The position numbers were made by a program, and so were the translations under genes. A stretch of DNA of 64,000 nt, taken from Vicinamibacterales bacterium. Its GTDB lineage: Bacteria; Acidobacteriota; Vicinamibacteria; Vicinamibacterales; CAVVIG01. Each line of letters begins with the position of its first letter. The stretch's first letter is position 1. This document shows positions 53,368 to 62,415 of the stretch, one piece after another. The DNA lies in assembly GCA_050249955.1 (NCBI GenBank), contig JBFWPN010000005.1, forward strand, positions 331,739-395,738, read 5' to 3'. The notes below the pieces were generated by a model. The model searched no databases. It saw only the letters and a list, made by a program, of their open reading frames with translations, and was not told where the DNA came from.

Positions 53368-54159
53368 GTGCCGCCTCCACTCATCGCCCTGCTCACCGAC
53401 TTCGGCCTTCGCGATCACTACGTCGCCTCGATGAAAGCGGTGATCCTCGGCATCTGCCCGGACGCCACCCTCCTGGACATCACGCACGAGGTGCCGCCAC
53501 AGGACATCACCGCAGGGGCGCTCGAACTCGAGGCCGTGTGCCCGTACCTGCCGGACGGGGCGATCGTCGTCGCCGTCGTCGATCCGGGCGTGGGGTCGGC
53601 GCGCCGACCGGTCGCCGTCGACACGGGTCGGATCCGGCTGGTCGGACCGGACAACGGGATCTTCTCGCTGGTCATCGGTGCCGCACCCTCGTGGCGTGCC
53701 GTGGACCTTCGCGAGACGGCCTACCAGCGCCAGGTCGTGAGCCGCACCTTCGAAGGGCGCGACCGTTTCGGCCCTGTGGCCGCCTGGCTGGCCACGGGCG
53801 CCGAGTTCGGAGCGCTCGGCCCGGCCGTGGACCACCTCGTGCCACTCGACCTGGCGGCCCCGCGGGTCACGCCCGACGGCGTCGATGGTCAGGTGCTGCG
53901 CGTCGACCGGTTCGGCAACCTTGTGACGAGCCTCACCGACGCCTCGGTGGCGGAAGTGGCCCCCGCCGTCGTCACCGTCGGCCATGTGCGCATCGAGGGC
54001 ATCGTCTCGACCTATGCCGACGTGCCCGAGGGAGCATTGTGCGCCCTGATAGGCAGTACCGGACGGCTCGAGATTGCCGTCGCCGGCGGCAGCGCTGCAG
54101 ACCGGCTGCGGCTTGCCCGCGGCGCGCCGGTGCAGGTGCGTCGGTCCGCGGCTGCGTGA
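53368..54159 (+). CDS. SAM hydroxide adenosyltransferase / SAM hydrolase family protein (DUF62, fluorinase/chlorinase-like fold)
   Basis: IALLTDFGLRDHYVASMKAVI, VVDPGVGSARRP, VGPDNGIF, SRTFEGRDRFGPVAAWL and VDRFGNLVT are family hallmarks. Confidence 0.8.
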   Translation: MPPPLIALLTDFGLRDHYVASMKAVILGICPDATLLDITHEVPPQDITAGALELEAVCPYLPDGAIVVAVVDPGVGSARRPVAVDTGRIRLVGPDNGIFSLVIGAAPSWRAVDLRETAYQRQVVSRTFEGRDRFGPVAAWLATGAEFGALGPAVDHLVPLDLAAPRVTPDGVDGQVLRVDRFGNLVTSLTDASVAEVAPAVVTVGHVRIEGIVSTYADVPEGALCALIGSTGRLEIAVAGGSAADRLRLARGAPVQVRRSAAA

Positions 54160-54177
54160 TACGATCCCCACACCTCC

Positions 54178-55383
54178 ATGATCGGATTCGACCTGACCAG
54201 CGAGCAGCGCCTCCTGGAGCAGTCGGTGCGCGAGTGGGCCGCGCGCGATGTCGCGCCGACCATTGCAGAGGCGGATCGCCAGCACCGGTTCGACCGTGAC
54301 CGCATCCTCGGAGGCATGGCCCGCCTGGGCCTGCTCGGCATCTCGGTTCCGGAGGCGTACGGCGGCGCAGGCATGGACTACATCTGCCTCGGCCTGGCCA
54401 GCGAGGAACTCGAGTACGTCGACACGTCGCTGCGCGTCATCATGTCGGTTCACGCGGGGCTGAACTGCCTGACGCTGCTGTCCTGGGGAACCGAGGACCA
54501 GAAGCAGCAGTACCTGGTGCCGCAGGCGCAGGGCACCAGGATCGCCGGGTACGGGCTGACCGAGCCGGGCGCCGGATCCGACGCGCGCGCCATCCAGACC
54601 ACCGCTGTCCGCCGTGGCGACCGCTACGTCCTGAACGGCGAGAAGTCGTGGATCTCGCTCGCCGACGTGGCCGACAACTTCCTGGTCATCGCCTGGACCG
54701 ACCTCCAGAAGAAGCAGCAGCGGGATCCCAGCGGCCTGAGCGCCTTCATCATCGAGCGCTCATACCCGGGATTCTCGAGCGGCCCCATGAAGGAGAAGTG
54801 GGGCATCCTGGCCGGCAACACCGGCTGGTTCAAGATGGACGACATGGAGGTCCCGGCCGAGAACCTGCTGGGGCACGAGGGCGAGGGCTTCAAGATTGCG
54901 ATGTTCGCGCTGGACCAGGGGCGCTACACCGTGGCGGCCGGAGCCACGGGCCTGATCCGGGCCTGCCGCGACGCGAGCATCAAGTACGCGAAGGAACGCC
55001 AGACCTTCGGGGTCGAGATCGGCCAGCACCAGCTCGTGAAGGAGATGATCGCGCAGATGGAGTCCGACTATCAGGCCTCCCGTCTCCTCTGGATGCGTTC
55101 GGGCTGGATGAAGAATGAAGGACGCCGGAACACGCGCGAGACCGGCCTCGCGAAGTGGTTTGCCACTGTCGCCAGCGAGCGTGCCGCGGGTGACGCCGTG
55201 CAGATTCACGGAGCCAACGGGTACTCGGACGAGTATCCGGTCGGCCGCTACTACCGGAACTGCAAGGGCGCGGTGATCTACGAAGGCACGCGCGAAATTC
55301 ACAAGCTGATGCAGGCAGACTACCTGCTCGGATATCGCGTCGATCGTCCGACCCGGTGCGAGCTGCCGCCCGTGAGCCAATAG
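54178..55383 (+). CDS. Acyl-CoA dehydrogenase
   Basis: [31 protein letters not shown] and a C-terminal YEGTREIH (catalytic Glu region). Confidence 0.85.
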   Translation: MIGFDLTSEQRLLEQSVREWAARDVAPTIAEADRQHRFDRDRILGGMARLGLLGISVPEAYGGAGMDYICLGLASEELEYVDTSLRVIMSVHAGLNCLTLLSWGTEDQKQQYLVPQAQGTRIAGYGLTEPGAGSDARAIQTTAVRRGDRYVLNGEKSWISLADVADNFLVIAWTDLQKKQQRDPSGLSAFIIERSYPGFSSGPMKEKWGILAGNTGWFKMDDMEVPAENLLGHEGEGFKIAMFALDQGRYTVAAGATGLIRACRDASIKYAKERQTFGVEIGQHQLVKEMIAQMESDYQASRLLWMRSGWMKNEGRRNTRETGLAKWFATVASERAAGDAVQIHGANGYSDEYPVGRYYRNCKGAVIYEGTREIHKLMQADYLLGYRVDRPTRCELPPVSQ

Positions 55384-55385
55384 CC

Positions 55386-56381
55386 ATGGAACCAGACCTC
55401 TCCCTCGAATTCCTCCGCGTCGTCGAACAGGCCGCCATCGCCTGCGCCCACACCATGGGCCAGGGCGAACGTCACAAGTCGGATCAGGTGGCCGTGGAGG
55501 CCATGCGGCGCGTCATGGACACGGTGCCGATCGACGGACGCATCGTGATCGGTGAAGGCGAGCGGGACGAGGCGCCGATGCTCTACATCGGCGAGAAAGT
55601 GGGCATGCCGCACGCGATGCGAGGCACGGCGTCGGCCGCCGGCTTCCCGCAGGTGGACATCGCCGTCGATCCGCTCGAGGGCACGAACCTGTGCGCGACC
55701 GGCGCGCCGAACGCGATCGCCGTCCTCGCCGCGTCGAACCGCGATGGCCTGCTGCACGCGCCAGACCTTTACATGGAGAAGCTCGTCGTGGGCCCGAGCT
55801 CGAAGGACCACGTGAGCCTCGATGCACCGGTGCACGAGAACCTGAAGGCGATTGCCCGGTGCCTGGGGCGAAGCGTGGAAGACCTGGTGGTGGTCGTCCT
55901 CGAGCGCGAGCGCCACAACCAGCTCATTGCCGACATCCGCGCCACCGGCGCGCGCATCCGTCTCATCGGCGATGGCGATCTCTCGGCCGGCATCGCGGCA
56001 GCAGTGGTGGGCTCTGGCGTCCATGCGGTGATGGGGACGGGCGGTGCTCCTGAAGGCGTGCTCACGGCGGCCGCCATGCGCTGCCTGAACGGCGAGATCT
56101 TCGCCCGCCTGGTCATCAGGAAACCGGAGGACGAGGAGCGGTGCCGGGTCATGGGTATCACCGACCTGAAGAAGATCTATCGCTCGAAGGATCTCGCGCC
56201 GGGGTCACGGGTCATCTTCGCAGCGACCGGTGTGACCGACGGGACGTTGATGAAGGGCGTCCGCTTCTTCGGCGACGGCGTGCGCACCAGCTCGGTGATC
56301 ATGCAGAACGACCCGCACTACATCCGCTTCATCGACAGCATTCACGTCAACCCCGGTCGAGACGTCCGGATTCACTTCTAG
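55386..56381 (+). CDS. glpX: Class II fructose-1,6-bisphosphatase
   Basis: ATG 55386. [73 protein letters not shown]. Confidence 0.9.
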   Translation: MEPDLSLEFLRVVEQAAIACAHTMGQGERHKSDQVAVEAMRRVMDTVPIDGRIVIGEGERDEAPMLYIGEKVGMPHAMRGTASAAGFPQVDIAVDPLEGTNLCATGAPNAIAVLAASNRDGLLHAPDLYMEKLVVGPSSKDHVSLDAPVHENLKAIARCLGRSVEDLVVVVLERERHNQLIADIRATGARIRLIGDGDLSAGIAAAVVGSGVHAVMGTGGAPEGVLTAAAMRCLNGEIFARLVIRKPEDEERCRVMGITDLKKIYRSKDLAPGSRVIFAATGVTDGTLMKGVRFFGDGVRTSSVIMQNDPHYIRFIDSIHVNPGRDVRIHF

Positions 56382-56392
56382 TCACTCGTCGT

Positions 56393-56424
56393 CCAGGGCC
56401 GGACTCCGGTGCACCCGGCCCTGG
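56393..56424 (+). terminator. Perfect 10-bp GC-rich hairpin CCAGGGCCGG-N12-CCGGCCCTGG after glpX
   Basis: Read directly. It starts 12 nt after the glpX stop. There is no U-tract, so it may be a Rho-dependent, processing or regulatory structure. Confidence 0.4.
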
Positions 56425-56524
56425 GCGCGCGATCTCTCCCGCACAACTGGCGCGCACGACCGGCCTGCGTCTTGAACGTGGCCGGGTCGGCGTGGACGGA
56501 TGCAGGCGGACAAGGGGTTGAGGC

Positions 56525-57814
56525 ATGGCGCGTCGCAAGGCTGAAGAGACGACGGCGTCGACCGGGCCAGAGCGGGCCGCGCTCGTCGGGCTGGTATCCG
56601 GGAGGGCTCGCAGGCTCGACGCCGAGCGTTCGCTGGATGAACTGGCCGGGCTCGCGGAAGCTGCCGGAGCGGTGGTGGCGCTGCGTGTGCTCCAGGAACG
56701 TCCGCGGCCCGACCCGGCCACCTTCCTGGGCTCCGGGAAGATCGAGGCGCTCGGCGCCTCCTGTGCCGCCGGCGACATCGACCTGGTGATCTTCGACAAC
56801 GAGCTGACCCCATCGCAGCTCAGGCAGATTACGGAAGCGGTCGGCCGGAAGGTGCTGGATCGCACGCAGCTCATCCTCGACATCTTTGCCGCGCGTGCAC
56901 GCACGCGGGAAGGCAAGCTGCAGGTGGAACTCGCCCAGCTGGAGTACCTGCTTCCGCGGCTCGTCGGTGCCGGCGCTGCACTCTCGCGCCTTGGCGGTGG
57001 GATCGGCACCAGGGGCCCTGGCGAAACGAAGCTCGAGACCGACCGTCGGCGGATCCGCGCACGCATCCACGCGATCAGCGAGGCGATCGAACAGGTGCGC
57101 CAGCGTCGGTCACAGCTGCGTGAGCGACGCCAGAAGGCAGCGGTCCCGACGGTGGCCCTGGTCGGCTACACGAACGCCGGAAAGACGACGTTGTTCAACC
57201 GGCTGACGCGGGCAGAGGCCACGGCCTCCGACGCACTGTTCGTGACGCTGGACCCGCTGGTGCGGCAGGTGCGGCTGCCGGACAGCCGTGAACTGCTGGT
57301 GTCGGACACCGTCGGGTTCATCGACCGCCTTCCCCATGCGCTCGTGGCAGCATTTCGCGCCACCCTGGAGGAAGTGGTGGAGGCCGACCTGGCGCTCCAT
57401 GTCATCGACGCCTCCGCGCCGGATCGGGAGCGGCGCATGCGCGCGGTGCGTGACGTGCTCGAAGAGGTGGGCGCGCTCGACGTGCCGTTGATCGACGTCT
57501 ACAACAAGGTGGACCAGCTGTCACCGGATGAGAAACGGCGCGTCCGCGAACTGGACCCGTCCGCCCTGTGCATCTCGGCGACCACCGGCGAAGGGATCGA
57601 GGATCTCATCTCCGCCGTCGCCTCGCGCGTCGAGCTCGACACCCGCCGGGTGACGCTCAGCTTCGATGCGGACGATCCGGCAGAACGCGAGCGGATGGCC
57701 CGGGTCTACCGGCATGGCACCGTGGTCGAGCACGAGGTGCGCGACGGCCGCGTGACGCTCGTGGCCGACGTGCCACGCCGGCTGCTGGGCTGGTTCGACG
57801 CGTCGACGCGGTAG
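56525..57814 (+). CDS. hflX: GTPase HflX
   Basis: RTQLILDIFAARARTREGKLQVELAQLEYLLPRL, GPGETKLETDRR, G1 motif VALVGYTNAGKTTLFN, DTVGF, NKVD. Confidence 0.9.
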   Translation: MARRKAEETTASTGPERAALVGLVSGRARRLDAERSLDELAGLAEAAGAVVALRVLQERPRPDPATFLGSGKIEALGASCAAGDIDLVIFDNELTPSQLRQITEAVGRKVLDRTQLILDIFAARARTREGKLQVELAQLEYLLPRLVGAGAALSRLGGGIGTRGPGETKLETDRRRIRARIHAISEAIEQVRQRRSQLRERRQKAAVPTVALVGYTNAGKTTLFNRLTRAEATASDALFVTLDPLVRQVRLPDSRELLVSDTVGFIDRLPHALVAAFRATLEEVVEADLALHVIDASAPDRERRMRAVRDVLEEVGALDVPLIDVYNKVDQLSPDEKRRVRELDPSALCISATTGEGIEDLISAVASRVELDTRRVTLSFDADDPAERERMARVYRHGTVVEHEVRDGRVTLVADVPRRLLGWFDASTR

Positions 57815-57823
57815 AATCCGGGC

Positions 57824-59200
57824 ATGCGCGCGGGTGCGGTGGCGGTGATCGTGGTGGCGACCGGGCTCTCGTCCGCCTGCGCGCCGCGCACCATGCCGCT
57901 GCCCGTGGTGGCGGCGCCGCTCTATCCCGACTTCGTGCAGCCGACCGTGCCGGCCGACCAGGCGGAGACACCGGCGGCGAGACAGAGCGTCCGTGCGTGG
58001 GTCTTCCTCCAGTCCGGTGACCTGCGGAGCGCCAGGCGCGAGGTGGCAGCCGCCCTGAAGGCGCGGCCTGGGTTCCATCCGGCACAGGCTACGTCCGCGT
58101 ATGTCGCCCTGGCCGACAAGGACGTGCGCCAGGCCCAGAGTCTCTTCACGACGGTCACCGAGCAGCACCCCGACTATGTGCCTGCGCTGGTGGGGCGGGG
58201 GCTCGCTTACGAAGCGTCCGGCGATACCGCCGACGCGCTCCAGGCCTATCGCGCGGCGCTCGCGGTCGATCCGGCACGGGTCGAGCTGACGCGTCGCGTC
58301 GACGTGCTGACGCTGCGCGGCCTTCAGGACGAACTGGCAGCCGCCCGGAGAGCGGCGTCGGAGGGGAACGCGGCTGCAGCGTTGCGTGCCTACAGGAATG
58401 CCATCGCGGCCTCGCCGGACAGTGCGTTCCTGTACCGCGAGGTGGCGGCCGTCGAGCGACGGCAGGGCGACCTGGCCGGTGCGGTCGAACACCTGCGTCG
58501 TGCGCACGACCTCGACCCATCAGACCCGTCCGCCCTCACGACGCTGGCCGAGGTGCTGGACCAGCAAGGCGATCTCGAGGGGGCCCTGAAGGCCTACGAT
58601 GCGGCGCTCGCCATCGATGAGGATCCGGCCGTGGTCGCGAAGCGGGCCGACGTGAGGGGCCGCATGGAACTGGCGGCCCTGCCCGCCGAGTACCGGGCCA
58701 TTACTGGACTCCCGCAGGTGACCCGGGCAGACCTGGCGGCGCTCCTGGGTGTGCGGCTGGCTGATCTCCTGAGGACGGCGCCGACCCGGGACGTGGGCGT
58801 GCTCACCGATGTTCGCGGTCAGTGGGCGGAACCGTGGATCAGCGCCGTGGTGCGCGCCGGCATCATCGAGGCCCTGCCGAACCATACGTTCCAGCCCGGC
58901 GGGCTGGTCCGGAGGATCGACCTGGCGCAGGCCGTCTCCCGCGTGCTCAACCTCCTCGGCGCCAGACAGCCGGCTCGGCTGACCGCCTGGACCGGCGCAC
59001 GTGGCCAGTTCCCCGACCTCCCGGCCACCCACCTGGCGTATCCTGCTGCGTCGATGGCCGTTGCGGCCGGGGTGATGGAGACGCGGGAGGGCGGAGCCTT
59101 CCAGCCCACGCGCCCCGTTCCCGGGAGCGACGCGATCGAAACCGTCGAACGCCTTCGCCGGCTGGCGTCCTCAGGGCTGTCCGGCGCGTCCAACCGCTAG
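57824..59200 (+). CDS. TPR-repeat lipoprotein with two C-terminal SLH (S-layer homology)-like domains
   Basis: Lipobox-like LSSAC. TPR units (e.g. ALVGRGLAYEASGDTADALQAYRAALAVDP). The C-terminus has WAEPWISAVVRAGIIEALPNHTFQPGGLVRRIDLAQAV and FPDLPATHLAYPAASMAVAAGVMETREGGAFQPTRPV. Confidence 0.65.
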   Translation: MRAGAVAVIVVATGLSSACAPRTMPLPVVAAPLYPDFVQPTVPADQAETPAARQSVRAWVFLQSGDLRSARREVAAALKARPGFHPAQATSAYVALADKDVRQAQSLFTTVTEQHPDYVPALVGRGLAYEASGDTADALQAYRAALAVDPARVELTRRVDVLTLRGLQDELAAARRAASEGNAAAALRAYRNAIAASPDSAFLYREVAAVERRQGDLAGAVEHLRRAHDLDPSDPSALTTLAEVLDQQGDLEGALKAYDAALAIDEDPAVVAKRADVRGRMELAALPAEYRAITGLPQVTRADLAALLGVRLADLLRTAPTRDVGVLTDVRGQWAEPWISAVVRAGIIEALPNHTFQPGGLVRRIDLAQAVSRVLNLLGARQPARLTAWTGARGQFPDLPATHLAYPAASMAVAAGVMETREGGAFQPTRPVPGSDAIETVERLRRLASSGLSGASNR

Positions 59201-59761
59201 ATGACCGCGATTACCGCTGCCAACCAGGTCACGCTGCTGCGGATGCTGCTCGTCCCGGCATTCGTCAGCCTGGTCGTGTACGGCTATCTCGGGTGGGCCC
59301 TCATCGTCTTCATCGTCGCGGGGATCACGGACCTCCTCGACGGTGTCATCGCCCGGCGGTCCGGGCAGCAGAGCAGCCTCGGCGCCTGGCTCGACCCGAT
59401 GGCCGACAAGCTGCTGGCGGTCAGCACGTTCATCGTGCTGACGGTGCCGGGGCTCGGCCTGGCGAATCCGCTGCCGATCTGGCTCACGGTGATGATCATC
59501 ACGCGGGACCTCGTGATCGTCGCGACGGTGGCCATCGTGAACCTGGCGATTGGCCGGCGCACCTTCAAGCCATCGATCTTCGGGAAGATTGCGACGGCCA
59601 CCTACATGCTGACCGTCGTGGTCGCGATGTTCTTCAACTTCCTGGGGCAGCGATCCATGGTCGTCGACGCCTTCGTCTGGGCGTCCCTGGCCATTACGCT
59701 GATCTCCAGCCTCCACTACATCAGGCACGCGTCCCGTATCATCGACACGCCACAGTCCTAG
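59201..59761 (+). CDS. pgsA: CDP-diacylglycerol--glycerol-3-phosphate 3-phosphatidyltransferase
   Basis: ITDLLDGVIARRSGQQSSLGAWLDPMADKLL is the CDP-alcohol phosphatidyltransferase motif D-x2-DG-x2-AR...G-x3-D-x3-D. 186 aa, multi-TM. Confidence 0.85.
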   Translation: MTAITAANQVTLLRMLLVPAFVSLVVYGYLGWALIVFIVAGITDLLDGVIARRSGQQSSLGAWLDPMADKLLAVSTFIVLTVPGLGLANPLPIWLTVMIITRDLVIVATVAIVNLAIGRRTFKPSIFGKIATATYMLTVVVAMFFNFLGQRSMVVDAFVWASLAITLISSLHYIRHASRIIDTPQS

Positions 59762-59777
59762 CCTTCGAGGATCCGTC

Positions 59778-60866
59778 ATGCGTCGACTCCTGCCGTGCAT
59801 CGTGCTGTTGATGGTCTCAGTCCTCTGGAGCGGCACGCAGCATGCGGCGCTCGCCCAGGCTCCGCCGAAGCAGGCGGTGGTCGACACCAGCCTCGGCACG
59901 TTCGTGCTGGACCTCATGTCCGATGCGGCGCCGAACACCGTCGGCTTCTTCGTGAAGACGGCCGAGTCCGGCGGGTACGACGGCACGGCGTTCCACCGGG
60001 CGATCCGGAACGGCATGGTGCAGGGCGGCGACCCGCTGTCGAAAGACCCCTCGAAGAAGGCGCAGTACGGCCAGGGAGGGCTGAACCAGCTGAAGGCGGA
60101 GCCGAGGGCGGCCAAGATGTTCGCCGGCGCGGTGGCCGCGGTGCTCGTGCCGGGCAAGCCCGACAGCGCCGGCTCCCAGTTCTTCATCGTGCTGGCCGAC
60201 CAGCCGGCGCTCGACAACCAGTACACCGTATTCGCCAAAGTGGCGGACGGGATGGACGTGCTGCAGAAGATCTCGGCGCTGCCGCCGGATGCGAGCGGCA
60301 TGATCGCGGACCGTGTCGAAATCAGGAAGGTGACGATCCGCGACACGCCTCCCGAGCCGTTCGTGAACGACACGAAGGAGCAGCTGGGCGCCTACAGGGC
60401 CGTGCTGGACACCAGCCAGGGCCCCATCACGATCGAGTTCTTCGCCGACAAGGCGCCGGAGACCGTGCGGCAGTTCCTGCGGCTTGCCGAGTCGGGCGTC
60501 TACAACGACATGGCGTTCCACCGCGTGGCGCCTGGCTTCGTCATCCAGACCGGCGCCCTGTCGTCGCGCACGGTCCCGCTCAGTCCGAAGCAGCAGGCGC
60601 TCGTGCACGACCTCGATCCCGAGTTCAACGACACGAAGCATGTGAAGGGCATCGTATCGATGGCTCGCGGCGAGGCGCCCAACTCGGCGCAGACCTCGTT
60701 CTTCATCTGCGTGGGGACGTCGACCGCCCTGGACGGGGTCTACACGGCGTTCGGGCGCGTGGTGGACGGGATGAGCGTCGTCGACGCCATCGAGCAGACG
60801 CCTCGGACGGGAGAAGCGCCCAATACGCGCATCGACCTCAGGACCGTGCGCGTGGTCCGGCCGTAG
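59778..60866 (+). CDS. Secreted peptidyl-prolyl cis-trans isomerase with two tandem cyclophilin domains
   Basis: Signal peptide plus two copies of the cyclophilin core (FHRAIRNGMVQGGDP...SQFFIVL...VFAKVADGMDVL and FHRVAPGFVIQTG...SFFICVG...AFGRVVDGMSVV). Confidence 0.85.
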   Translation: MRRLLPCIVLLMVSVLWSGTQHAALAQAPPKQAVVDTSLGTFVLDLMSDAAPNTVGFFVKTAESGGYDGTAFHRAIRNGMVQGGDPLSKDPSKKAQYGQGGLNQLKAEPRAAKMFAGAVAAVLVPGKPDSAGSQFFIVLADQPALDNQYTVFAKVADGMDVLQKISALPPDASGMIADRVEIRKVTIRDTPPEPFVNDTKEQLGAYRAVLDTSQGPITIEFFADKAPETVRQFLRLAESGVYNDMAFHRVAPGFVIQTGALSSRTVPLSPKQQALVHDLDPEFNDTKHVKGIVSMARGEAPNSAQTSFFICVGTSTALDGVYTAFGRVVDGMSVVDAIEQTPRTGEAPNTRIDLRTVRVVRP

Positions 60867-60875
60867 GCGCGGGCG

Positions 60876-61109
60876 TCAGGCCTGGGGGATGACCCGGGTC
60901 ACCTTCACCGCCGTCCCGACGAGGTACTCCACGCGGATCCGATCGCCCGGCTCGATGTTGTCGGCTACCGCCTCGGGGCCCAGGCGGGCCACATGCACCT
61001 GGCCGTCCGGGTCCTCCAGGCTGGTGAAGAAGACGTCGCAGCTGATCTGGCCGTGGATGCTGACCGGCTGGAGCCGCTTGAGGATGCCGTCGCGAGTGCC
61101 TTTGAGCAT
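60876..61109 (-). CDS. Small hypothetical protein (77 aa) downstream of dinB
   Basis: C-terminal part of the spurious 494-aa track ORF. From ATG 61109: MLKGTRDGILKRLQPVSIHGQISCDVFFTSLEDPDGQVHVARLGPEAVADNIEPGDRIRVEYLVGTAVKVTRVIPQA with strong GC3 bias. An alternative TTG start is at 61139. Confidence 0.55.
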   Translation of the reverse strand: MLKGTRDGILKRLQPVSIHGQISCDVFFTSLEDPDGQVHVARLGPEAVADNIEPGDRIRVEYLVGTAVKVTRVIPQA

Positions 61110-61183
61110 GTGTTCTGATTCGCTGAACGCCAGTTGCAATTCGTCAGTTGCTGAAGGCGCGGGCGCACGCCCGCCCTGGCCGG

Positions 61184-62266
61184 TTACTCCGCGGTGTCGA
61201 AGGGCAGGAGGTCTGTCCTGGCCCGGACCTGGCGCTCGCCGTTGCCGAAGTTGTGCGTGCTGACGCCAAGCAGGCGCACAGGCCTCGAGACGGCTTCCGT
61301 CTTCGCCAGCAATTCTAGCGCGCGGGCGGTAATGGCGGCGCGATCGGCGGTGGCAGGTGCGGAGTGGCTCCGCGTGACGGTCGAGAAGTCGCTGTAGCGG
61401 ACCTTCAGCGTGACGGTCCGCGCCACCATCTGCCGCTCGGACAGCCAGTCTGCCGCGGCAACGGCCATGCGGGTCACCTCTTCCCGAATGCGCTCCGTAT
61501 CGGCGAGATCCTCGGCATACGTGCGTTCGGATCCCGATGACTTGCGCACCCGGTTCGGCGTGACCGGCCGCGGGTCGATGCCGCGCGACAACTGCTGCAG
61601 CCAGTCGGCCAGGCTGCCGACGGCCACCCGCAGCGCGTCGGGCTCGACTGTCCGCACGTCGACCAGGCGCTCGATGCCGTGCTCCCGCAGCTTCCGCGCC
61701 GTCACCGGGCCAACACCCCAGAGTGCGTCGACCGGCAGTTTCTGCAGGAACGGCTCGATGCGGTCCGGGCTGATGACCGTCAGGCCGTCGGGCTTCTTCC
61801 AGCCGGAGGCGATTTTCGCCAGGAACTTGTTCGGCGCGACGCCTGCCGACGCGGTGAGGCGTGTTTCCTCGAGGATGCGGGCCTTCAACCGGCGCGCGAC
61901 ATTCGTGGCCAGGACTTCGCCCCAGCTGTTCTCCGTGACGTCCAGGTACGCCTCGTCGAGCGACAGCGGCTCCACCAGGGGCGTCACCTCGCGGAAGATC
62001 GTGAAGACGGCATTCGAAGCGGCCTTGTAGCGCGCGAAGTCCGGTCGCACGATCACCAGATCGGGGCAGAGGCGGACCGCCCGGGCCATCGACATTGCCG
62101 ACCGCACGCCGAACGTCCGGGCTTCGTAGCTGGCTGCCGCCACCACGCCCCGCCTGTCCGGCTGACCACCAACGGCCACCGGCCGGCCAATGAGGCTCGG
62201 GTCGTCGCGCTGTTCGACCGACGCAAAGAACGCGTCCATGTCCACGTGGATGATTCGGCGGATCAC
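61184..62266 (-). CDS. dinB: DNA polymerase IV (Y-family)
   Basis: GTG 62266. IIHVDMDAFFASVEQRDDP, VAVGG, ASYEARTFGVRSAM and SLDEAYLDVT are canonical DinB motifs. Confidence 0.9.
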   Translation of the reverse strand: MIRRIIHVDMDAFFASVEQRDDPSLIGRPVAVGGQPDRRGVVAAASYEARTFGVRSAMSMARAVRLCPDLVIVRPDFARYKAASNAVFTIFREVTPLVEPLSLDEAYLDVTENSWGEVLATNVARRLKARILEETRLTASAGVAPNKFLAKIASGWKKPDGLTVISPDRIEPFLQKLPVDALWGVGPVTARKLREHGIERLVDVRTVEPDALRVAVGSLADWLQQLSRGIDPRPVTPNRVRKSSGSERTYAEDLADTERIREEVTRMAVAAADWLSERQMVARTVTLKVRYSDFSTVTRSHSAPATADRAAITARALELLAKTEAVSRPVRLLGVSTHNFGNGERQVRARTDLLPFDTAE

Positions 62267-62280
62267 GGAAGTGGCCAGTC

Positions 62281-62325
62281 CCGGATTTCGGATTGCGGAT
62301 CGCAGATTGGATTGCGGATTTCCGG
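62281..62325. repeat. Array of GGATT-containing heptamers (minus strand G[A/C]AATCC), including an 11-nt direct repeat ATCCGCAATCC x2
   Basis: Plus strand CCGGATTTCGGATTGCGGATCGCAGATTGGATTGCGGATTTCCGG, in the dinB/ettA divergent intergenic region. GCAGATTG also recurs at 62302 and 62327. Confidence 0.6.
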
Positions 62326-62415
62326 GGCAGATTGTACGCTCTTACGCGCTGGCCCGGCACTCCCGCCGACGTCGTTTCCTGTAGCGACCAGCCCTTTCGC
62401 GATTAGCAATTCTCC

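Noticed and set aside
60876-62360. 494-aa minus-strand ORF spanning dinB
   Set aside because: Only the last 77 codons look like real protein. Upstream it is out of frame across dinB, which has canonical Y-family motifs.
62267-62415. Canonical LexA/SOS box upstream of dinB
   Set aside because: I found no CTGT-N8-ACAG, GAAC-N4-GTTC or GTTC-N7-GTTC pattern. The region is reported as an unexplained heptamer array instead.
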